From Candidatus Poribacteria bacterium (GTDB taxonomy: Bacteria; Poribacteria; WGA-4E; PCPOR2b), in contig OZ244042.1 of NCBI GenBank assembly GCA_965215015.1, positions 2,368,001 to 2,432,000 of the forward strand: DNA of 64,000 bases, given 5' to 3'. Each line of letters starts with the position of its first letter. Position 1 is the stretch's first letter. The notes below the pieces were generated by a model. That model did no database searches and was not told the DNA's origin. It saw only the letters and a program-made list of their open reading frames with translations. A program made the translations under genes and the position numbers. This document shows, one piece after another, positions 1 through 10,376 of the stretch.

Positions 1-286
1 CGATTGCACTAATTGCCCGCAACTCTGCGCCCGCCCAACCGTGCCAGCCAATTCCATGGAACATCTCTCGCCACAGTCTTTCAATCTCCAGCGGATTTTG
101 TCCAATCAGCATTGATGCGAACCTTCCACGGATAACACCGCGTTCTGCCTCACCGAGTGGATAGGTTTCACCGAGTCCTGTGATGCCTGCGTCGGTATGA
201 ATGCGGACCCAGATACACGGGACATGCTCACCCTCGATAAGTGCACCTTCCTGCGGGTAAATCATTTCAATCTTTGTAATTTTCAC
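1..286 (-). CDS. Mandelate racemase/muconate lactonizing (enolase superfamily) enzyme, N-terminal part; runs off the window
   Basis: Hand translation from GTG 286 (GGAGA RBS): MKITKIEMIYP...IWVRIHTDAGITGLGET...LIGQNPLEIERLW...AISAI. Confidence 0.85.
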   Translation of the reverse strand, partial: MKITKIEMIYPQEGALIEGEHVPCIWVRIHTDAGITGLGETYPLGEAERGVIRGRFASMLIGQNPLEIERLWREMFHGIGWHGWAGAELRAISAI

Positions 287-518
287 ACTATCTCCGGTTC
301 AAATTAGTAGGAGAACAAGGGGTGTTCCCTGAAAATATGCCTAAAGAAAATGATGGCTGTGAGTCGCTTCAAACCGTTTAACGCACAATTAGTTTGGGAA
401 TAAGTAGATATAGACTTATTTAAGCAGATTTTGAATCTCAATGTTATCGAGGACCCCCTACCCCCCTCTAAGCACCCCCTCACTCTCCCCGCAAGCGGGG
501 GTATTCAGAGAACAGCCT

Positions 519-1814
519 CTATCTACTCACTGCGATTAGTTTTTCGATCCGGTTGTCCAGTGCCTGCTGATCGCTTTCAAACGATGCCAGTCCGGCAAGG
601 TTCAAAAGCGTGTCGATGGCGAGTTCACCCGATTTTATCCGATCTCCCCAGATTTCATGCTTGGGTATTTTACCATCATCTGCGATTTGTGCGAGTTCCT
701 CCTCGGAGAGTTTGGGGAACAAATCGCCGGCACCCATATCGTGCGCCCGATCCACAATCTCTTCCGCTGTTTGAGGAACAGCCGTTACTAAGCTGTCAGT
801 CAGTCGACGGTCAGACTCCGAAATCTCCCAGAGCGTATCTATCCGAAGGTCTAATCCGTTGATACCGTCGTTGAGGTGAACCGTATATTCATTTTCGATG
901 CTCGACTCCCATTCTCCCGAAAGTTCCTGCTTGGCAGCGGCAGCAACATTCACAGGCATGGTGAAGACATCAATTCCAGCCAAATACGGTAGCTGCCCCG
1001 CTGCCCTTAAACTCGCGGCGATTTGGAGCGTCGGTTCCCGATTGTTTTGAGAGAGGTTTTTCACCACACGCTGGCTCGAAAGGACTGCCTTTTCACCTAC
1101 CAGTTTACCGTCGCCCAATTGGTGGTCGGCGATGTAAGAGTTGAGCCTCCCAAGAAACACATTGACATAGGAGGGGGCACCAAAAGCGGTTGCGACGAAG
1201 TTATGCCGTGCACTGAATCCTAACGTGAAATTGACTGGTATTCCATCTTCCCGCAAGCGGCGCATAGCAATCAAGCCGGAGGGCGTCAAAGGTACTTTAA
1301 TAATAAAGTGTTCGGGACAAATCTCATAGTAGCGTTGACCGTAGGATACACTCCGCTCGATATCGTGTGCCAGAATTGTATGAAGTTCCACACTCACCCG
1401 ACCGCCAAAACGTTGCGCTAAACGAAGTCCATGACGGGCATTTAAGATAAACGCAATCTCAATAATCTGCGTTTGAATATCCAGTCCGGTGAGCATGCTG
1501 GCCGCTTTCTGGATTAAGTCATCGTAAATTCCTTTCTGTACTTCGGTGTTGAGCAGCGTGTTATTGGTTGTCAGGGCGGTAAATTCAGCGGCCCATAACG
1601 CTGTGGCGGCTTCAATATCACCGGTATCCAACCAAAGTTCAGAACCAGCCAGACGTAACGCTTTCCAAAACGGATCCGATTCCGTCTCAATACGCTCGCG
1701 CTGTAAATCAATTCCTTCCTGCACAAAATTGTGAATCAGGTCAATGCGATTTGATGGCAAACCCATACACAAACTCCTTCCAACGAAATATAATTCTCGT
1801 AGTTCCTTTGACAT
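519..1814 (-). CDS. Transaldolase family protein (long form)
   Basis: LWLDTGD, TTNNTL, GRVSVEL, IIKVP (Schiff-base Lys), VNFTLGFS, VFLGRL, AASLR. Confidence 0.85.
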   Translation of the reverse strand: MSKELRELYFVGRSLCMGLPSNRIDLIHNFVQEGIDLQRERIETESDPFWKALRLAGSELWLDTGDIEAATALWAAEFTALTTNNTLLNTEVQKGIYDDLIQKAASMLTGLDIQTQIIEIAFILNARHGLRLAQRFGGRVSVELHTILAHDIERSVSYGQRYYEICPEHFIIKVPLTPSGLIAMRRLREDGIPVNFTLGFSARHNFVATAFGAPSYVNVFLGRLNSYIADHQLGDGKLVGEKAVLSSQRVVKNLSQNNREPTLQIAASLRAAGQLPYLAGIDVFTMPVNVAAAAKQELSGEWESSIENEYTVHLNDGINGLDLRIDTLWEISESDRRLTDSLVTAVPQTAEEIVDRAHDMGAGDLFPKLSEEELAQIADDGKIPKHEIWGDRIKSGELAIDTLLNLAGLASFESDQQALDNRIEKLIAVSR

Positions 1815-2183
1815 ACAAGGCTTTTAAGGTCACATCCCCTGTGGAGGCAACAAACTTTAGGCGTGTCCAGAGCTAGGGGAGACGCTTCCGAAACGCGGGT
1901 AACTCTTCACGGAGTGTTTTAGAGATGACCCCTTTGATTTTACCAAATGGTGGTTCCCATGGCTTGCGTGGGGGATGCTCGCCAGAAAAGGAATGAGTTC
2001 AGGCATATATTCAATAGCACAGACAATATATCCATGATGCGCTTGATTCTCTGCGACAATCACTTGGATGCGGTCTTGCATCTCCGGTGAAAGTACAGAA
2101 CGTCAATACTTTTCTGTATTGTACAGAGGGCCTATATCACAATTTTAGTAGTATCTCAAGATGTTTTCATTGATTGCCGTTTG

Positions 2184-2225
2184 CCAATCTGTATCTCCAC
2201 CTTAAAGGATGGAGATACAGATTGG
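2184..2225. terminator. Perfect 16-bp stem hairpin, probable terminator downstream of the Gfo gene
   Basis: CCAATCTGTATCTCCA-10nt-TGGAGATACAGATTGG. Confidence 0.5.
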
Positions 2226-2332
2226 AAGATTTTGATAATCTACAGCAACGATTGTTCTAGCAATCTGGCTTGCAAACGCCTTAATCAATAAGGATTGCGT
2301 AGGGACGCAGATTTGTGTTCTCTACTATCCGT

Positions 2333-3466
2333 CTAAAATCTAGGAATCTGCAGGCTGCCGCTGCTCAATGCTTCAAACAGTTCGTCATACTCCTCTCGAC
2401 TTACCGGCAAGTCAATCGTCTTTTTTTGCATCGCCGAAAGCACGATGGCGTTGATTAGCTCGACCGCGGGCCGCGCGCTCACACCGTTGACCAGTGGCTC
2501 ACCGCCATTGAGAATGGCATTGATAAAGCTGTCCATCAGTATATCGTGTCCGCCGGGTTCATCCCGCAGCTTGACAGGCTGCCATGAAATCTCCGGTTGT
2601 CCAGCGATGCCGCTCGTCCGCCCCACGAGGTCTGTCAACGAATCCTCATAAGTGCCGAGTAGGATGTGGTCTTCCCGATCACTCGCTAGACTCCGCACAT
2701 CCGGAATCGCTATGGTCCCTTTGTCGCCGGCAATCTGACGGATGCTATAACCCCTCGGTTGGTTAATTGTGAGTTGAATCGAGCCGAAGGAGCCGTTTGC
2801 AAACAGCACATTTGCACAGACCACATCTTCCACCTCAATCTGATGGAATTGATTGCCAATCATCGCAGAGACTTGAACCGGTTCGCCAACCAACCAGCAG
2901 ATTAGATCCAGATCATGGCTCGTTTGATTCATCAACACCCCACCGCCGGCATGTCGCCATGTCTGACGCCAGATATCACGGGCATAGTAACTTTCTGGTC
3001 GAAACTCAATCCATGTCCAGAGCACGCGCATGATGTTTCCAATTGCTTCGGTATCAATCAGATGCTTCATCGTCTGAGGGGTTCGATAGGTTCGGTATTG
3101 GTGTCCAACGCAGAGTTTCAAATCGCGGGCTTTCGCCATCTCGATCATCGCGTCTGCGTCCGATACACGGTTGGCAAGCGGTTTCTCGGTGAAAACGTGC
3201 ACCCCCGCGTTCAGGCACTCTAAGCCGATGATAGCGTGCAGATGGTGTGGCGTCGCAATTGATACCCCATCAACAATCCCCGCATCCAGCAGCTCACGAT
3301 AATCGGTGAAGGCACGTACACCGAGCTCTTGCGATTGCGTCTTGACGGAGGTTTCGTCGAGGTCCACCAACGCTGTCAGCTCTACATTTTCATGCTCCTG
3401 AGCCATGCTTACATGCTTGCCGCCGACACCTTTAATCCCAATGACTCCATAGCGTACGCTGTCCAT
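2333..3466 (-). CDS. Gfo/Idh/MocA family oxidoreductase
   Basis: GVIGIKGVG Rossmann, ATPHHLH, HVFTEKP, GGGVLMNQTSHDLD. Confidence 0.92.
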   Translation of the reverse strand: MDSVRYGVIGIKGVGGKHVSMAQEHENVELTALVDLDETSVKTQSQELGVRAFTDYRELLDAGIVDGVSIATPHHLHAIIGLECLNAGVHVFTEKPLANRVSDADAMIEMAKARDLKLCVGHQYRTYRTPQTMKHLIDTEAIGNIMRVLWTWIEFRPESYYARDIWRQTWRHAGGGVLMNQTSHDLDLICWLVGEPVQVSAMIGNQFHQIEVEDVVCANVLFANGSFGSIQLTINQPRGYSIRQIAGDKGTIAIPDVRSLASDREDHILLGTYEDSLTDLVGRTSGIAGQPEISWQPVKLRDEPGGHDILMDSFINAILNGGEPLVNGVSARPAVELINAIVLSAMQKKTIDLPVSREEYDELFEALSSGSLQIPRF

Positions 3467-3709
3467 TATCCCCTCCCAAAAACAGGCAAATCTATAACAC
3501 GAATCAGCCGAGCCGAACTCATCTCACTGCATTATAGCAAAGCCGAGGGCACTTGTCAATTTTGTTTCTAATGAAATCATAGAAATTCGCTGTACACAAA
3601 CAATTCGCAAGATACTTATTGACGAATTTAGGGGCATTTAGTTCTCTTGTAGGAGGGATTTCCAAATCCCGACGCACCGCTCAGACAGTGGGAAAACCGA
3701 AAACTAAAT

Positions 3710-3940
3710 GAGGGGTGCTCATAATAATTGTCTGAATCGCGGATTCAGCAGATGGCACAGAAACACAGATACAGATATGGGTCGCCGTAGATAGGGCAAG
3801 ATGCCCCACCGACGGGGTTGGAGTTGCTTTCAAGTTATAGTTGGGAGTTTAATGACAGTTGGGTGTTAGCGAAGCAATATGTCGTAATGATTGTGTGGTT
3901 TACGGCACGCGGATCGCGCCTACTACTTTATGCCCCCCTC
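3710..3940. mobile_element. MITE, GAGGGGTGCTCATAA-type TIR, 8-bp target duplication
   Basis: GAGGGGTGCTCATAA ... TTATGCCCCCCTC flanked on both sides by AACTAAAT; homologous to 10024-10263 and 11842-12083. Confidence 0.75.
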
Positions 3941-4118
3941 AACTAAATAACTCTATGACGAATTATTTAGAAATTGACAGAAATTTATCATCCGTGATAA
4001 GATGTACTCATTCAGTGTTCAATCGTTCGATAAACCACCGGCTGTGCCGATTCAAATCGAAGCGGAGGGCTCAGCCGGTGGCAAAGAATCTACGACGCAC
4101 AATTATACGGAGGTTATA

Positions 4119-5234
4119 ATGGCTACAGATACAAGTAATGTGTATACAAGATTAGGTGTACGTCCGCTAATCAATGCTGCGGGGAACCAAACCGTGCGCG
4201 GTGGCTCTACTCCTTCCGCAGCGGTAAGGGAAGCAATGGATGGCGCAGACGTCAATTTCGTGGACATGGAGACGTTTCTCAAGAAGTCCGGAGATTTTAT
4301 TGCTTCATTTTTAGACGTCGAAGCCGCTTACGTCACAGCGGGCTGCTATGCTGCGATGGTGCTGAGTTCTGCGGCAGCCATGACCTATCAGCACCCGGAA
4401 AGAAGGGATCAACTCCCGGATACCACAGGACTGAAAGACGAACTGGTATTCCAGAAGAGTCAGCGGTACGGTTATGATAGGGCTTACAGCGTGCCCGGAA
4501 GCAAGCTAGTACTTGTAGGAGACGAAGCAGGATGTACATCAGAGGAGTTTGAGAACGCTATCGGTCCCAATACCGCCGCAATTATCTACCTCGTTCAGGC
4601 TGAAGCGAACAGCGGTGTGTCTCTTGAGGAAGCGATCGAGATAGCGCGCCGGAACAATGTGCTTGCTATCGCGGATAGCGCAGCGCAAATCTATCCGCTT
4701 GACTACTTCCGACGAAATGCCCGATGCGCCGATCTCGTCTGCTTCGGTGGTAAATACTTCAATGCACCGCACTCCACCGGGTTCGTGTGTGGTAGGAAGG
4801 ATTTAATCGAAGAAGTGATAGCCCACGGCTTTATTGCGCCGCGCCCGCTTGGTCGAGGAATGAAGGTAGATCGGCAGGAGATTGTTGGGCTTTTAACGGC
4901 AATCGAGAATTGGTTCTCAATGGACCACGAGCAACGCTCAAAAGACCAAGACGCTCGATACGCCGAAATTTCGCAGGCACTTGAGGATATCCCCGGCGTA
5001 TCAACAGAAATCATCTATGCCGAGAAAAGCCACACATTGTCCAATCTCCATGTCACTGTTGACGAAGCAACCGTCGGTCAGAACGCAGAGCAGGTGAATG
5101 ATGCGCTAGATGCCGGCACACCTCGCATTAGGGCGTCCACCGGTGGTGATGATGTGGTTATTAATGCTTACACTCTCCGTGAAGGCGAGGAGCGTATTGT
5201 TGCTAATCGTTTGAGGGAGGTGCTCGCCGGATAG
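4119..5234 (+). CDS. SelA-like PLP-dependent enzyme (DgaE/D-glucosaminate-6-P ammonia-lyase-like)
   Basis: GGAGG RBS before ATG 4119; LGVRPLINAAGNQTVRGGS, DLVCFGGKY (PLP Lys), GRGMKV. Confidence 0.8.
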   Translation: MATDTSNVYTRLGVRPLINAAGNQTVRGGSTPSAAVREAMDGADVNFVDMETFLKKSGDFIASFLDVEAAYVTAGCYAAMVLSSAAAMTYQHPERRDQLPDTTGLKDELVFQKSQRYGYDRAYSVPGSKLVLVGDEAGCTSEEFENAIGPNTAAIIYLVQAEANSGVSLEEAIEIARRNNVLAIADSAAQIYPLDYFRRNARCADLVCFGGKYFNAPHSTGFVCGRKDLIEEVIAHGFIAPRPLGRGMKVDRQEIVGLLTAIENWFSMDHEQRSKDQDARYAEISQALEDIPGVSTEIIYAEKSHTLSNLHVTVDEATVGQNAEQVNDALDAGTPRIRASTGGDDVVINAYTLREGEERIVANRLREVLAG

Positions 5235-5694
5235 CGGCTTTAAAAGGACATGAGGAAAGTTCTCATTCTGCGCGTCGCCGTGTTGGGTAGGGAACACGCC
5301 GACAAGAATGAAAAAGGTGGACGAGCATAAAGCCCCGCTCCGACAAAGGATAGGAGTTACGCACTTGAGTTTGTCATAACGCAATTCAACCCGCGTCACC
5401 ATAGACGATAAATCCCCGACAGTAGTAGGTATACTCCGTATGCCGTTCCCCCCACTAAATACCCGGCGGGTTGTCCGTCAATTCCTGGCTCATTGAGCTT
5501 GTTTCCCCTCGCTTGCGGGGGCTAGGGGCGGCTGATACCGTGTGGGTATTCGGAATTAGAGGGGGGGATGGCACGCGGAGCGTGCCGACTACCGTCGGGG
5601 ATTTATTGTCGCCGCCCGATTCATCGGGCGTTGAGAGGCATGTTCACCGGCGATGGATCACCGATGTTATACGTCGCTCTTTGCGGTTACCGGT

Positions 5695-6012
5695 TCACTT
5701 TTCTAATAACCACTGAAGTTGCCTGCGTTCTTCGGGACTAAGGCGGGATGTGATTTCATCAACACTAAAGCGAGACAGAATTTCATCACCGATGTCCTCA
5801 ATGATGATATCTAAGGCTTCTTTGGATAGATCGCTTTTGAAAGGCATATCAACCTCCCGTATAATCTCAGATCTGAGATTATACGCGAAGGTTATGACCG
5901 GATTATAATCGCTATCATTTCGGTCAATCGCGTCGCGTAAGAATTCCTCAAACTTCTGCTTTGATTGGGTAAATCGAAGGGCCATTATCCGCTTGAAGAT
6001 GAAATCCGGCAT
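5695..6012 (-). CDS. Hypothetical protein, probably a C-terminal gene fragment
   Basis: 105 aa protein-like ORF ending in acidic helical ...LSRFSVDEITSRLSPEERRQL; no clear RBS. Confidence 0.4.
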   Translation of the reverse strand: MPDFIFKRIMALRFTQSKQKFEEFLRDAIDRNDSDYNPVITFAYNLRSEIIREVDMPFKSDLSKEALDIIIEDIGDEILSRFSVDEITSRLSPEERRQLQWLLEK

Positions 6013-6185
6013 ATAACGTTGTATATCATTGTTTGGGGACCAGCCACAGAGTTTACCTCAAGAATAGCGCAGGGACTATATGCTACTCATATTCTGCTAT
6101 TGTGTCAAGTCGTAATTGTGCGTAAATCAGGTCATTTCGTTTTCGCTGGTACTCGCTCGGGTAAATAGGCCGAACGCTGTAATCT

Positions 6186-7313
6186 TTACAGGACAGCCGC
6201 TTCATCTACACTGAACCGGTCTTGCTGTGAATCAAGGGACGCTTGAATACCGATGGGAAGCGTCAGTTGAGGTGCTGTATGACCAAAATCTACCCCTGTC
6301 AAGATGGGGAATTGGGAGCCTGCTGTGTATTCAAGGATCAACGATTCAAAGAGCCTTTCCTCCTCCTCAGAAAGTTCATTAACCTTACCGATAACTAAGC
6401 CTACAATCTGATCGAACAGTCCCATCTGTTGACACTGGGCGAGCGATTCGTCAATTTTGCTCAGTAGTAGGCCATCGCCGAAGTTGACCTGCTCAAGGCA
6501 TAAGAGCGCGCCCCGCAACGGAGCCCAATATGGCGTACCGACCAGAGTCAACATCGCATCTAAATGGCCTCCGATTAATTGACCGCTTGCTTTGCCCTTT
6601 CTTAACCAATGCCAGCCCGGATTCGTTTGCATTGTGCGTGGCTGTTCCTCGCTCGGATAGGCGTCCGTCCATTGTGCGGGCGGTTTAAGTATACCTACCG
6701 GTTCTGCCCTGAACAACATCTGTTCGACACCCTGCCATGTATAAGGGAAGGGCCGCGGATATTCGCTGAAACCGTTGAGAATCATCGGCCCGTGAAACGC
6801 AACCAGACCTACCTTTGCGTATAGACCAATCAACAGGGCAGTAATCGCACTATAACCCATCACAACTTTGGGGGACTGCTCAATCTGTTCCCAATCCAGC
6901 AGCGGTAAAACCGCATTGACGCCCGAACCACCGGATAAACAGAAAATAGCTTTTATCTTTGGGTCAGCGAACATCTGATTTAAATCTTCGGCTCGATGTT
7001 GAGCCGGTGGGTTCAGGTGTTGCCGTTGGTCAAGCGCGTGTGGTGCGACCTGAACGTGTAACCCTGCCTTCTCTAAGTATGAAACTCCCCGTTGAAAAGC
7101 AGGCTCGTTAATTGTGAAAAATGCCGAGGCCGGCGATACAATGCCTACAGTGTCTTGGGGTGCCAGTTTTGGTGGTTTAATTGGTTTATGCATCTCGTTG
7201 ATTGAAGTTGAGCCATCAGCGCGTTTCGCCATTGATGGACGGTTCATGGAGATGCCAGCTCCCGCAAGGAGTAGGGGGACCTTCAGGGCCTCACGTCTAT
7301 TGATTTTATTCAC
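6186..7313 (-). CDS. LD-carboxypeptidase / MccF-like S66 peptidase with probable Tat signal
   Basis: NRREALK twin-Arg; PPKLAPQDTVGIVSPAS, RAEDLN, GYSA (Ser), HGP, FGH (His). GTG 7313 chosen as start (ORF extends to 7361). Confidence 0.85.
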   Translation of the reverse strand: MNKINRREALKVPLLLAGAGISMNRPSMAKRADGSTSINEMHKPIKPPKLAPQDTVGIVSPASAFFTINEPAFQRGVSYLEKAGLHVQVAPHALDQRQHLNPPAQHRAEDLNQMFADPKIKAIFCLSGGSGVNAVLPLLDWEQIEQSPKVVMGYSAITALLIGLYAKVGLVAFHGPMILNGFSEYPRPFPYTWQGVEQMLFRAEPVGILKPPAQWTDAYPSEEQPRTMQTNPGWHWLRKGKASGQLIGGHLDAMLTLVGTPYWAPLRGALLCLEQVNFGDGLLLSKIDESLAQCQQMGLFDQIVGLVIGKVNELSEEEERLFESLILEYTAGSQFPILTGVDFGHTAPQLTLPIGIQASLDSQQDRFSVDEAAVL

Positions 7314-7413
7314 AATTATGTTCCTTGTAGGGTATCGACCTGATTCATGCTTAACTGGCAAGGCAGCAATGGGAAATGGAATCTAGAAATTCGCATTTGT
7401 TGATTCGCCAATC

Positions 7414-9873
7414 TCACTGATTCCGTTTCCCCGGCGTCCCGCCTAATGATTTAAAGTCGCCGGTGCCATTGGGCACTCGACCGAACGCGATGTCTTCCTG
7501 CTGTGCCCTAAATTTGATCACGTCAAGTACCTGATTCCCCCGTTGGTCAATGTCGATGAGCATGACCATCTCCCCATTCTTAGAGAGCTTGAAGTTAGCA
7601 TGGAGTCCCGACTCGGCCTTGCCATCTTCGTCTGCCCAAACAATCAGATAACCGCCGGGGGCAATCTGGGTGTCGTCGGGAAACTGCCACTTGCGCGGAT
7701 TGTTCTGGCTATCGCTGAGATACATCCCTGAAAGATTAACCGCATAATCACTCACGTTGTGGAGTTCGATCCAATCGTCGTTTTCGCCTTCAGGGTCGAC
7801 GTGACTTTTCGTATTACTCGCCATCAACTCATTAATAACGACCGGAGAACTATCGGCGATAGATGCAGTGACGTGGTAAGTCAACGGCGTAAATTCGGTT
7901 TGGGCTGGGAAAAACGTCGTTGCGCCGCCCGATCCAGCAGAGCGAGCTTCGACATAGTAATGGATTTTCTTTCCAGCAGGAAAAGCAGGAATCTCACCCA
8001 CGTAGACCGCGCCATCTTTTGACATCGGGATGCTCAGGAAGGGTGCCAATCGTCCAGACGCGTAATACAAGATGACCGCATCGACTCTGACATCTCCACC
8101 AATCTCGGTTGTGATCCGTACAGGCTGGTTCGCTGTCGGTGCTTTGGGCTGCTTGGAGACAGAGGCAATGGTTGGTATTGACTTGTTGATTTCGGGATGC
8201 TTGAGCAGATATTCTGCGCGCTCCTCGACAAAACGTTTGAAACTCGGTGTGGCTCTCCGTCCCCTGCCCCCCCGCCTATCACCCCGACCTCCCTCACCGC
8301 CTTGGTCCTTGATGTGACTGGTCGCGAATGCCTCATAAGCATAAAGTTTCTTATCGTCCGCCTTCACTTCAGTGTCAACAAGTGATTGATATTCTGTGAT
8401 AACTGGATGGAGCAAATCCCAATCGAGCCATTCGTTGACAATAGTGCGGATGTGAGCCAAATACCGGGCGCGTAGATGTGGAATGGCAAGTAGACGCCTG
8501 ATGACGGGGCGCATCATATCGTCTTCCTGCGAAACAGGGGATAGCATCTGCCCATCGATCTGCCAAGAGTTCGGACCACCGCCACCGGCAAATCGAAATG
8601 TCTCGTTACTGTCATGTGGCAGCAGATGGAAGCGACCCATCGGGTCCTGATAGAGAGCGTAATCGCTGGCGCGACTGATATAGCCGTCGTTATCTATGAA
8701 TACATTTTCCAGTGCGAGGAACCAAAGTGCCCGATCAATGTTGAAAACCGTAGAAAGCGCAGATTCGAGTTGGTCATCGGGCGTTCTTTCAAAAACTTTG
8801 CACAGGTTAATCAGATCCTGCCAAGCGTTTGGTGCCTCCTCCACTCTCGTTTTGAGTTGGTAGAATTGTTGATAGGCAGAGGGTTGGTCTCCATTATAAA
8901 CTAAGCCGCTGTTGCGTCCGGGTGGTACCTTCCAGCGAACCCCGTCTTTGGTGCCAAACCATTCGTCGAGGAAATCTTTGTTGAATTGTTGGCTGTTGAC
9001 GTAAATCCCCCAGCTTTCCCCGTTGATGACCAGTTTAACGAAGTTCGCTTTCGGGGCAGGGATGTAGTTGGTAGCAATTTTTGAATAGAGAATTTCGCGG
9101 AGGAAGGAGGGATCGGAATGACCGTTTAGCAGATTTAGTGTTTTGTAACCGTAGAGCCGTTGTTTCTCATCTCCGTAGTCAATAGCGATATTGAACGACT
9201 TTTTCTCGTTCTGAACTGTAAAATAGGATGAACTGCCGCGGAATCTGACACCTACGGATCGATAGACCGCTCCATCGACAATTAAATCTGCCGGCACATT
9301 GACATCGGTTCGATAGAAGTCGCCGAGCTGTTCGTACCAGTCCGCATCGTGGAATCGAAGGTAGAGGGTACGGAGGGTGTTTGCCTCGTAGAGGTTGGGG
9401 GTGCCGTTAGTCTGGGTGGCGCGGCTCGCTTCCAAATCATCTTCGTGCATTGTATGAGGCGATGTGCTTCCAGATGGGCGTGACGCACCGGTCACGCCTC
9501 GGTTTTCGTGGATGTAGTTGCGAGCGGCTTCCCGCTCTACATCGTTTAACCTACCATCCTTGTCTGTATCAAAACGGTTGACAATCTTCTCCGCCCGGCG
9601 CGGTCCACGTCCACTACCGAAACGACCTCGCTCGCTGCCACCGTGTTCTTCCCGGATTTCCTGTTCGGTGAATTGTACTCCTGTGAAGACTTCGAGAGCG
9701 ATTATTTCAATCATAATTGCTTTTTCGGCTTCACTCAATTGACCGTTGCTATTTAGATCAAATCGCTTCTCTTCTTTTAAAAGCGTATCTTGTGCTGAGG
9801 TGCTTACGGCAATTGACATCAAAAAGGTAAGCAATATTCCCAAAAGATTGGTGATGATATATTTACGTCTCAT
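7414..9873 (-). CDS. Secreted CotH kinase-family protein with EF-hands and C-terminal lamin-tail domain
   Basis: Signal peptide; DLNSNGQLS and DTDKDGRLN EF-hands; VGVRFRGSSS, KKSFNI, LREILY, PHDSNETF; VVINELMASN...DWIELHN. Confidence 0.88.
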   Translation of the reverse strand: MRRKYIITNLLGILLTFLMSIAVSTSAQDTLLKEEKRFDLNSNGQLSEAEKAIMIEIIALEVFTGVQFTEQEIREEHGGSERGRFGSGRGPRRAEKIVNRFDTDKDGRLNDVEREAARNYIHENRGVTGASRPSGSTSPHTMHEDDLEASRATQTNGTPNLYEANTLRTLYLRFHDADWYEQLGDFYRTDVNVPADLIVDGAVYRSVGVRFRGSSSYFTVQNEKKSFNIAIDYGDEKQRLYGYKTLNLLNGHSDPSFLREILYSKIATNYIPAPKANFVKLVINGESWGIYVNSQQFNKDFLDEWFGTKDGVRWKVPPGRNSGLVYNGDQPSAYQQFYQLKTRVEEAPNAWQDLINLCKVFERTPDDQLESALSTVFNIDRALWFLALENVFIDNDGYISRASDYALYQDPMGRFHLLPHDSNETFRFAGGGGPNSWQIDGQMLSPVSQEDDMMRPVIRRLLAIPHLRARYLAHIRTIVNEWLDWDLLHPVITEYQSLVDTEVKADDKKLYAYEAFATSHIKDQGGEGGRGDRRGGRGRRATPSFKRFVEERAEYLLKHPEINKSIPTIASVSKQPKAPTANQPVRITTEIGGDVRVDAVILYYASGRLAPFLSIPMSKDGAVYVGEIPAFPAGKKIHYYVEARSAGSGGATTFFPAQTEFTPLTYHVTASIADSSPVVINELMASNTKSHVDPEGENDDWIELHNVSDYAVNLSGMYLSDSQNNPRKWQFPDDTQIAPGGYLIVWADEDGKAESGLHANFKLSKNGEMVMLIDIDQRGNQVLDVIKFRAQQEDIAFGRVPNGTGDFKSLGGTPGKRNQ

Positions 9874-10023
9874 GTTTTCCTCCTCGCGGGACGTTTTCAG
9901 TTTAAGTTTTCACAATATGTGCTTCTACCGGTATTAGGCAGGCAGCAGTAGCATTTGTTCGGAAAAATAACTTTTTGGAAGAACTAGACTGAAAATTTTA
10001 CTGCTTGCACCTTTGAATTATTT

Positions 10024-10263
10024 GAGGGGTGCTCATAATAATTGTCTGAATCACGGCTGCAGCAGATACAGCAAATTACACGGATACAGAGAGGGGCCTC
10101 AGACCGGAGATGAAGCAAAATGCCCTACCTACGAGGGTGGGGACATTTTGTTTTTTCCAATGAGGGGTGGGGGAATGGCAGTTGGGTGTTAGCGAAACCA
10201 TATGCCGTAACGGTTGTGTGGTTTACGGCAAGCGGAGCGTGCCTACTACTTTATGAGCCCCTC
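10024..10263. mobile_element. MITE (GAGGGGTGCTCATAA family)
   Basis: Same TIRs and interior as 3710-3940; flanks TGAATTATTT / TGAATTAATT. Confidence 0.7.
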
Positions 10264-10277
10264 TGAATTAATTAAAA

Positions 10278-10316
10278 TGCCCCTATATCAATTCAAATCG
10301 AATCGATATAGGGGCA
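10278..10316 (-). terminator. Intrinsic terminator after ECF sigma gene
   Basis: TGCCCCTATATC...GATATAGGGGCA stem, with a T-run on the minus strand. Confidence 0.55.
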
Positions 10317-10376
10317 GGCACCAATCTTCGCAATGAACATAACCTTCCCTGATTTCCTATCAGAGTCTAGAGGCAA

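Noticed and set aside
4002-5234. Selenocysteine synthase selA
   Set aside because: Lacks the SelA N-terminal domain and no selB/selC nearby; fits the shorter SelA-like/DgaE group.
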